Positions 57,677-64,000 of a stretch of 64,000 bases of DNA are shown one piece after another. The notes beneath the pieces were generated by a model, which was given only the letters and a program-made list of their open reading frames with translations, was not told where the DNA came from and made no database searches. How positions within the stretch are numbered: the first letter of the stretch is position 1; each line of letters starts with the position of its first letter. Origin of the DNA: Candidatus Eiseniibacteriota bacterium. Lineage in GTDB: Bacteria > Eisenbacteria > RBG-16-71-46. The stretch covers positions 1,184,001 to 1,248,000 of the forward strand of contig CAVSAC010000012.1 in NCBI GenBank assembly GCA_963725865.1, in the 5' to 3' direction. The position numbers and the translations under genes are program-made.

Positions 57677-57707
57677 CGGGCGCCCTCCGTGGGCGCTCGA
57701 ACGCACG

Positions 57708-57736
57708 AAGATAAGGAGCGCGAGGGCCGCGGGCAA
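57708..57736 (-). promoter_or_regulatory. internal sigma70-type promoter for DUF212-dxs-nadK
   Basis: TTGCCC-N17-TATCTT in the intergenic gap after ispA. Confidence 0.5.
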
Positions 57737-57786
57737 CTGGCGATTGTCGCCCGCCCGCGCCCCCGCGCCCGGCCGCTCGCTCGCGC

Positions 57787-58716
57787 CTACCGCGTGCGCT
57801 CGGCGACCGCCACCACCAGCGCCGCCAGCGGACGGGCGCGCGGGCCGAGGCCGCCGACCTGGGCCAGCACGCGCTCGAACAGCCGCCCGGCGTCGAGACG
57901 GGCGCGCGCCTCGCCCACCGCGCGCGGCCAGGTCGCCTTGCCCCGCGCGTCGTCGGTGCCGGCGCGCTTGCCGAGCTGGGCGAGCGTGCCCTGGCGATTG
58001 AGCAGGTCGTCGTGGATCTGGAACGCGAGCCCGAGGTCGCGGCCGACCGCGGCGAGCCGCCGGGTGGCGGCGCGGTCGGCGCCGCCGGCGATCGCGCCGA
58101 GCGACAGCGCGGCACCCATCAGCGCGCCCGTCTTGCGCACGTGGATGGCGCGCACCGCGGCGGCGCCGAGCCGCCGGCGCTCGCCCGCGAGGTCGAGCAC
58201 CTGGCCACCGACCAGCTCCGCGCTGCCGCTCGCGTGCGCCAGCTGCCGCGTCGCGTCGACCACGCGCGCCGCGGGCACCCCGCGCTCGGCGAGGCGGGCC
58301 AGCTCCTCGAACGCGAACGCGAGCAGCGCGTCGCCCGCCAGCAGGCCGAGCGCCTCGCCGAACTTCTTGTGGGTGGTCAGGCGCCCGCGGCGGTAGTCGT
58401 CGTCGTCCATCGGCGGCAGGTCGTCGTGGACCAGCGAGAACGCGTGCACGCACTCGAGCGCGGCGGCGGCCGGCAGCGCGTCGCGCCAGTCGCCACCCAC
58501 CGCCTCGCACGCCGCCAGGCAGAGCAGCGGACGCAGGCGCTTGCCGGGGCCGAGCACCGCGTAGCGCATCGCGGCGTGCAACGTGGCGGGCACCGTGGCG
58601 GCGCGCGGCAGCGCCTGCGCGAGGTAGCGCTCGAACGTGGCGTGACGTCCGCGCTGGGCGCGCGCGTCGGCGGCGCGCCGCGCGGGGCGAGTGCGGCCGG
58701 CGGCCCGGGCGGTCAT
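57787..58716 (-). CDS. ispA: polyprenyl (farnesyl/geranylgeranyl) diphosphate synthase
   Basis: GKRLRP, SLVHDDLPPMDDDDYRRG, KTGAL and FQIHDD. Confidence 0.92.
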   Translation of the reverse strand: MTARAAGRTRPARRAADARAQRGRHATFERYLAQALPRAATVPATLHAAMRYAVLGPGKRLRPLLCLAACEAVGGDWRDALPAAAALECVHAFSLVHDDLPPMDDDDYRRGRLTTHKKFGEALGLLAGDALLAFAFEELARLAERGVPAARVVDATRQLAHASGSAELVGGQVLDLAGERRRLGAAAVRAIHVRKTGALMGAALSLGAIAGGADRAATRRLAAVGRDLGLAFQIHDDLLNRQGTLAQLGKRAGTDDARGKATWPRAVGEARARLDAGRLFERVLAQVGGLGPRARPLAALVVAVAERTR

Positions 58717-59066
58717 CAGAACGGCAGCCGACCGGCGTCGTCGTCGGGCGCGGGTCGTTTCGGGGCGGCCGGCCGTGCCGGCTTCGGCGCCGGTGGCGCG
58801 GCCGGCTCCGGGCCGGACTCGAGGTCGGCGGGCTCGGTGGCCGGGCCATCGGCGCCCTCCACCAGCCGCTCGATGCGCTGCTCGGCCGCGTCCAGCGTCT
58901 GGGTGAGCGTGCGCGAGAGCTTCACGCCCTCTTCGTAGCGCGCGATCGAGTCCTCGAGCGACAGCGCGCCGCTCTCGAGCTCCTCCACGATGGTCTCGAG
59001 CCGCTCGAGCGCCTGCTCGAAGCCCTGCGGCTCGCCCTCAGCGCCGGTGGTCTTCTTCGCCGCCAT
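58716..59066 (-). CDS. xseB: exodeoxyribonuclease VII small subunit
   Basis: FEQALERLETIVEELESGALSLEDSIARYEEGVKL; Pro-rich tail. Confidence 0.92.
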   Translation of the reverse strand: MAAKKTTGAEGEPQGFEQALERLETIVEELESGALSLEDSIARYEEGVKLSRTLTQTLDAAEQRIERLVEGADGPATEPADLESGPEPAAPPAPKPARPAAPKRPAPDDDAGRLPF

Positions 59067-60423
59067 CCGTCCCTCCCCTGCGCACCGCTTCGATGCGGGC
59101 ATCCGCCTCGCCGCGGGCGAACTCGATGGTCACCGCATCGCCGACGCTCAGCGCCACGGCTCCACGCATCAGTCGTCCTTCCGGTCCCTTCACCAGGCAG
59201 TAGCCGCGCTCCATCACCGCGCGCGGCGAGAGCGCGCGCAACCGGTCGCCGTAGCCGGCGAGCCGCGTGCGCTGGAGGTGCAGCCGCGCGACCACGGCCG
59301 TGGTGAGCTGCTCGCGCGCGTCGGTCAGTCGCCGGCGCTGCTCCGCGAGCGACCGCGGCCACTCACGCAGGCCGTAGCGCGACGCCGCTGCCGCGAGCCG
59401 CTGGCGGGTCCGCTCGAGCGCTCCGCGCAGCGCGCGCGTGCCGCGCTCGAGCAGCTCGTCGACGCGCTGCTGGTGCATCCGCACCGCGTCGGTCTGACGC
59501 TTGAAACCGTACTTCTCCACGATGCGCGCCAGGTGGCGGCGGCGGTCGAGCAGCCCGAGTCTCAGCGCGCGGTCGCGGCGCTGGGCCAGCACCGCGAGGC
59601 GCGCGGCCACCTCGCGGCGGTCGCGCACCGCCAGCTCGGCGGCGTTGCTCGGGGTGGCGGCGCGCACGTCGGCCGCGAGGTCGCAGAGCGTGAAGTCCAC
59701 TTCGTGGCCGACCGCCGAGATCGTGGGCGTGCGCGAGGCGGCCACCGCGCGCACCACCGGCTCCTCGTTGAACGCCCACAGGTCCTCGAGCGAACCGCCG
59801 CCGCGCCCGACGATCAGCACGTCGGCGCCGCCCCAGCGGTCGAAGCGCTCGATCGCGGCCGCGATCTCGGCCGCCGCGCCCTCGCCCTGCACGCGCACCG
59901 GCGCCAGCACGATGCGCACCGCCGGCCAGCGCGCGCGCAGCACCTTCACCAGGTCGCGCACCGCGGCGCCGGTCGGCGAGGTGACGAGCCCCACCGTGCG
60001 CGGATAGTGCGGCAGCGGGCGCTTGCGCGCCGCATCGAACAGCCCCTCGGCCGCGAGCCGGCGCTTGAGCTCCTCGAGCGCCAGCAGCAGCGCGCCGATG
60101 CCGGCCGGGCGCAGCTCGTCGACCACCAGCTGGTAGCGGCCGCGCGGCTCGTACACGGTGATGGAGCCGAACGCCTCCACCTCCTGCCCGTCGCGCGGTT
60201 CGAACGAAAGGCGTCCCGCGGTGCCCTTCCACATCACGCAGTCGAGCACCGCGGTGGTGCCCTCTTTCATCGCGAAGTAGAGGTGCCCGCGGTCGGAGCG
60301 CTTGAAGCCGGAGATCTCGCCGCGCACCCAGAGCCCGCTGAAGCCGTCCTCGAGCGAGCCCTTGATCAGGCGCGTCAGCTCGCCGACGGAGAGGATGCCT
60401 TCCTGCTCGGGGGCGACCGCCAT
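59038..60423 (-). CDS. xseA: exodeoxyribonuclease VII large subunit
   Basis: WVRGEIS, GHLYF, GRGGGSLEDLWAFNEE, AVGHEVD, ATPS and LSPRAVMERGY. Confidence 0.96.
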   Translation of the reverse strand: MAVAPEQEGILSVGELTRLIKGSLEDGFSGLWVRGEISGFKRSDRGHLYFAMKEGTTAVLDCVMWKGTAGRLSFEPRDGQEVEAFGSITVYEPRGRYQLVVDELRPAGIGALLLALEELKRRLAAEGLFDAARKRPLPHYPRTVGLVTSPTGAAVRDLVKVLRARWPAVRIVLAPVRVQGEGAAAEIAAAIERFDRWGGADVLIVGRGGGSLEDLWAFNEEPVVRAVAASRTPTISAVGHEVDFTLCDLAADVRAATPSNAAELAVRDRREVAARLAVLAQRRDRALRLGLLDRRRHLARIVEKYGFKRQTDAVRMHQQRVDELLERGTRALRGALERTRQRLAAAASRYGLREWPRSLAEQRRRLTDAREQLTTAVVARLHLQRTRLAGYGDRLRALSPRAVMERGYCLVKGPEGRLMRGAVALSVGDAVTIEFARGEADARIEAVRRGGTDGGEEDHRR

Positions 60424-60425
60424 GC

Positions 60426-62114
60426 TCAGCGCGTCCCGGCGCCCGCCACCTGCCGCGACGCGGCGAGCGCGGTGTTGGCGACCACCATGGCGACGGTCAT
60501 CGGACCCACCCCGCCGGGCACGGGTGTGAGCGCCGAGGCGATGGTCGCGACACTCGCGGCATCGACGTCGCCGGTGAGCCGCGTCGCGTCGGGCGCGTCG
60601 CCGCGCGGGACGCGGTGGATGCCGACGTCGACCACCACCGCGCCGGGCTTCACCCAGCTCGCGTCGACCATCTCGGGCCGGCCGATCGCGCAGACCAGCA
60701 GGTCGGCCTGGCGCGCCAGCTCACGCAGGCGCGAGCCGCTGGCGCTGTGGCCGAGCGTCACGGTGCAGTCCACACCCTTCTGCGACAGCAGCGTCGCCAG
60801 CGGACGGCCGACCACGTTGCTGCGCCCGAGCACCACCGCGTGGCGGCCGGCGAGCGGGATCTGGTAGTGGCGCAACAGCTCGAGGATTCCCGCGGGCGTC
60901 GCCGGTGCCAGCGCCGGCAGTCCGACCGCGAGCCGGCCGACGTTCTCGGGATGGAATCCGTCCACGTCCTTGGGCGGCGGAATGGCCTCGAGCACCGGCT
61001 GCGACTCCGCGGGTGCGGCGAGCGGCAGCTGAACCAGGATGCCGTGCACGTCGGGGTCGGCGCCGAGGGCGCGCACCTTGGCGACCACCGTCGCGGTGTC
61101 GGTGCCGGCCGGCAGCTGCACCCGGCGGGCCTCGATGCCGGCGGCCGCGCACGCCTCGACCTTCTTCTTGAGGTAGATCCGCGACGCCGGATCCTCGCCC
61201 ACCGACACCAGCGCCAGCACCGGCGTGACGCCGGCCGCGCGGAGCTGGTCGCACTGCAGCTTCGCGCGCGCCGCGACCGCGGCCGCGGGCTCGGCGCCGG
61301 TGAGCCGCCGCGCGTCCGACCGCGAACGCGACAGGTCGCAGGGCTCCTGGATGCGGCGGATCGCGATCGTGCGGCCGCTGCCGGGATCGATGTCGAGCAC
61401 CGCGCCGTTCAGCCACAGGTCGTCGTGGGCGGGCGACAGCCGCGCGGGCATGCCGGTCAGGAATCGCTTGAGCGCGGACTCCTTCTCCATGCCGATGACC
61501 GAGTCGAACGCGCCGGTCATGCCGGCGTCGGTGAGCAGCGCCGTGCCGCCGGGCAGGATGCGCTCGTCGGCGGTCTGCACGTGGGTGTGGGTGCCGATCA
61601 CGGCGGAGACGCGGCCGTCGAGGTGCCAGGCGAGCGCGATCTTCTCGGCGGTGGTCTCGGCGTGGAAGTCGACGAAGATGACGCGCGTCTGCCTGCGCAG
61701 CGCGGCGACCGCCGCATCGGCAGCGCGGAACGGGTCGTCGGCCTCTTTCATGAACACGCGTCCGAGCAGGTTGATCACGCCCACGAGCGTGCCGTCGGCG
61801 GCCTTGAACACGCCGCTCCCCTGCCCCATGGTCCCCGGCGGCATGTTGAGCGGGCGCACCAGCCGCGGCTCGCTCGCGAGGTAGTCCAGGCTCTCGCGGC
61901 GGTCCCACAGGTGGTTGCCACCGGTCAGCACGTCGGCGCCGGCGCCGATCAGCTGCGCGCCCGCGTCCTTGGTGAGGCCGAAGCCGGCGGCGCTGTTCTC
62001 GGCATTGACGATCGCGATCGCGGCGCGGTGGCGCGCGCGCAGCGGCGGCAGCAGCGCCGCGACCACGTCGCGCCCCGGCGAGCCGATCACGTCGGCGACG
62101 AAGATGAGGTTCAG
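60426..62114 (-). CDS. ymdB-folD: fusion of YmdB-family metallophosphoesterase and FolD (methylene-THF dehydrogenase/cyclohydrolase)
   Basis: N-half has DVIG, NAENSAAG, GGNH, DFHAETTAEK and GTHTHVQTAD; C-half has VGEDPAS, KDVDGFHP, GRSNVVGRP and TPVPGGVGPMT; single frame; CTG start 6 nt after GGAGG. Confidence 0.88.
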   Translation of the reverse strand: MNLIFVADVIGSPGRDVVAALLPPLRARHRAAIAIVNAENSAAGFGLTKDAGAQLIGAGADVLTGGNHLWDRRESLDYLASEPRLVRPLNMPPGTMGQGSGVFKAADGTLVGVINLLGRVFMKEADDPFRAADAAVAALRRQTRVIFVDFHAETTAEKIALAWHLDGRVSAVIGTHTHVQTADERILPGGTALLTDAGMTGAFDSVIGMEKESALKRFLTGMPARLSPAHDDLWLNGAVLDIDPGSGRTIAIRRIQEPCDLSRSRSDARRLTGAEPAAAVAARAKLQCDQLRAAGVTPVLALVSVGEDPASRIYLKKKVEACAAAGIEARRVQLPAGTDTATVVAKVRALGADPDVHGILVQLPLAAPAESQPVLEAIPPPKDVDGFHPENVGRLAVGLPALAPATPAGILELLRHYQIPLAGRHAVVLGRSNVVGRPLATLLSQKGVDCTVTLGHSASGSRLRELARQADLLVCAIGRPEMVDASWVKPGAVVVDVGIHRVPRGDAPDATRLTGDVDAASVATIASALTPVPGGVGPMTVAMVVANTALAASRQVAGAGTR

Positions 62115-62128
62115 AGCGGGCCTCCCGG

Positions 62129-63691
62129 CTACTTCGCGTAGTCCACGGCGCGCGTCTCGCGGATCACCGTGACGCGGATCTGGCCCGGGTACTCGAGCTC
62201 CTTCTCGATGCGCCGCGCGATCTCGCCCGCCAGCACCTGGGCGCGCGCGTCGTCCACCTTGTGGTGCTCGACCATGATGCGTACCTCGCGGCCGGCCTGG
62301 ATGGCGTAGGACTTCTCGACACCCGGGAAGGTGTTCGCGATCTTCTCCAGCGACTCGAGGCGCTTGATGTAGATCTCGAGGCTCTCGCGCCGCGCTCCCG
62401 GACGGGCGCCGGAGATCGCATCGGCGGCGGCGATCAGCACCGGCCACAGGCTGCCGCCGGCGTAGTCGTCGTGGTGGTAGCCGATCGCGTCGAGCACCGG
62501 CTGCGGCTCGCCGTAGCGCGCCGCCACCTCCATGCCGAGCTGCGGGTGCGTGCCCTCGTGCTCGTGGTCGATCGCCTTGCCGATGTCGTGCATGAGCCCG
62601 CCGCGCTTGGCGAGCTTCTGGTCGATGCCGAGCTCGGCGGCCATCATGCCCGCGAGGTGCGCGACTTCGATCGAGTGACGCAGGATGTTCTGACCGTACG
62701 ACGTGCGGTACTGCAGCCGTCCGAGCAGGTTCATCAGCTCCACGTGCACTCCGTGGGCGCCGACCTCGAGGCAGGCCATCTCGCCCAGCTCGCGGATCTT
62801 GGCCTCGACCTCCTCCTTGACCTTGGCGACCACCTCTTCGATGCGCGCGGGATGGATGCGCCCGTCCGCCACCAGTCGCTCGAGCGCCAGGCGCGCGATC
62901 TCGCGCCGGACCGGGTCGAAGCCCGACAGGATCACCGCCTCGGGCGTGTCGTCGATGATGACGTCAACGCCGGTGATCACCTCGAAGGAGCGGATGTTGC
63001 GCCCCTCGCGCCCGATGATGCGGCCCTTCATGTCGTCGCTCGGCAGGTGCACCACCGAGACGCTCGACTCGGATGCGTGGTCGCCGGCGTAGCGCTGGAT
63101 CGCGAGCGTGATGATCTTGCGCGCCTCGCGCTCGGCGTTGCGCTGCGCGGTGTCGCGGATCTCGACCACGCGCCGCGCGGCCTCGGAGCGCGCCTCGCTC
63201 TCGATGCTCTGGATGAGCTGCTGCCGAGCCTCGTCGGCCGACAGCCCGGCGATGCGCTCGAGCCGCATGGTCTGATCGACGATCAACTTCTCGAGCTCGT
63301 GGCCACGCTCGTGCACGGCGCTCTCGCGCTGCGCGACCTCGGAGTCGAGGCGCTTGATGTCGCGCTCCTTCTTCTCGATCAGCTCGACGCGGCGATTGAA
63401 CGCGGCTTCCTTCTCCTGGAAGGCGCGCTCGGCGGCCAGCGCCTGATTGCGCGTGGCGAGGATCTCGCGCTCGATCTGCTGCTTGAGGTGGAGCGCCTCC
63501 TCGCGGCCCTCGAGCTGGGCGTCGCGCTTGAGGTTGTCGGCCTCGCGCGTGGCCTGCTCCATGACGCCCCGCGCGGTGCGCTCCGCGCTGTCGAGGCGGG
63601 CCTGGCCGATGCGCGAGCGCAGGAAGTAGCCGAGGAAAAACATCGCGACGACACCCACGCTGGTGCCGGCGATCCACTGCCACTGGGCCAT
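62129..63691 (-). CDS. rny: ribonuclease Y
   Basis: N-terminal TM, coiled coil, KH domain ([14 protein letters not shown]), HD domain (HDIGKA) and [14 protein letters not shown]. Confidence 0.97.
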   Translation of the reverse strand: MAQWQWIAGTSVGVVAMFFLGYFLRSRIGQARLDSAERTARGVMEQATREADNLKRDAQLEGREEALHLKQQIEREILATRNQALAAERAFQEKEAAFNRRVELIEKKERDIKRLDSEVAQRESAVHERGHELEKLIVDQTMRLERIAGLSADEARQQLIQSIESEARSEAARRVVEIRDTAQRNAEREARKIITLAIQRYAGDHASESSVSVVHLPSDDMKGRIIGREGRNIRSFEVITGVDVIIDDTPEAVILSGFDPVRREIARLALERLVADGRIHPARIEEVVAKVKEEVEAKIRELGEMACLEVGAHGVHVELMNLLGRLQYRTSYGQNILRHSIEVAHLAGMMAAELGIDQKLAKRGGLMHDIGKAIDHEHEGTHPQLGMEVAARYGEPQPVLDAIGYHHDDYAGGSLWPVLIAAADAISGARPGARRESLEIYIKRLESLEKIANTFPGVEKSYAIQAGREVRIMVEHHKVDDARAQVLAGEIARRIEKELEYPGQIRVTVIRETRAVDYAK

Positions 63692-63754
63692 CGGAATGTC
63701 CCCCGGGCTCCGGGGCGGCGTCACCGCCGCCCCGGCCCCCCAGGCGGGAAGGAT

Positions 63755-63940
63755 CCCCGCCGGATTGCCGTGTGCTGGTGCGGTTCTTGAGACCTGGCGA
63801 GCCAGGTGGGCGTTCCTGTCGACCGGGTCTGCCCACCGGGTCCCTTGCGGGGCCCGGCTCGGCGTCGCCAGCCACCGGATTGCCCTTTGAGATTCTGTTG
63901 GTTCAAGAACAGCGAGGCATCACGAGCACGGCAGGGAAAT
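63755..63940 (-). ncRNA. ssrS: 6S RNA
   Basis: About 185-nt rod: 5' TGCCGTG pairs with 3' CACGGCA, TTCTTGA pairs with TCAAGAA around a central bubble; position upstream of rny is typical; ends approximate. Confidence 0.82.
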
Positions 63941-63964
63941 CGCGAAGAGGCGGGTCTCCTCCAC

Positions 63965-64000
63965 TCAGCGTTGGGAACCGTTCTCCTGGAGCACGTCGTC
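63965..64000 (-). CDS. 3' end of an upstream gene (possibly zapA), truncated by the window edge
   Basis: Reads DDVLQENGSQR-stop; identity is inferred only from zapA-ssrS-rny synteny. Confidence 0.3.
   Translation of the reverse strand, partial: DDVLQENGSQR

Noticed and set aside
63721..63906. 61-aa ORF upstream of rny
   Set aside because: Lies within the 6S RNA structure and has no protein features

Overview
High-GC bacterial chromosomal segment made almost entirely of tightly packed core genes. The SecA insertion and a Big_5 lipoprotein suggest an FCB-related lineage (inference only). No prophage, IS or CRISPR was seen. The window is centred on a canonical dif site (31472-31499). Genes to its left lie mostly on + and all genes called to its right lie on -, so it probably spans the replication terminus; xerC and xerD both lie within about 23 kb of dif. 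Left arm: polyprenol kinase, TPR, csp, secA-smg-topA-xerC-lipoprotein-dapF-dapA-dapB, a frameshifted peptidase/PD40/BamA-type OMP, rpsT, and a coupled run of uvrC-xerD-OMP-beta-CASP nuclease-SNF2 ATPase (with an N-terminal PcrA-like Tudor domain)-YqhG-like Zn-finger partner. These are followed by a TPR protein, GH57, an aldehyde dehydrogenase and DinB. Right arm, in transcription order: (zapA?)-6S RNA-rny-[ymdB::folD fusion]-xseAB-ispA-DUF212-dxs-nadK-degenerate signal peptidase-recN-trpEGDCFB (no trpA)-tRNA-Arg(CCG)-ubiE-like-GGDEF (sigma54 promoter)-wbpB/D/E-like-histidine kinase-NtrC-type regulator-lptE-holA-leuS-GT-C-like membrane protein. The best candidates for novelty are the Tudor-SNF2/YqhG-like/beta-CASP/UvrC module, the YmdB-FolD fusion, the trpA-less trp operon coupled to recN, and a Cys-cluster insertion in the kinase GAF domain. 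All calls come from motif recognition by eye; no searches were run.
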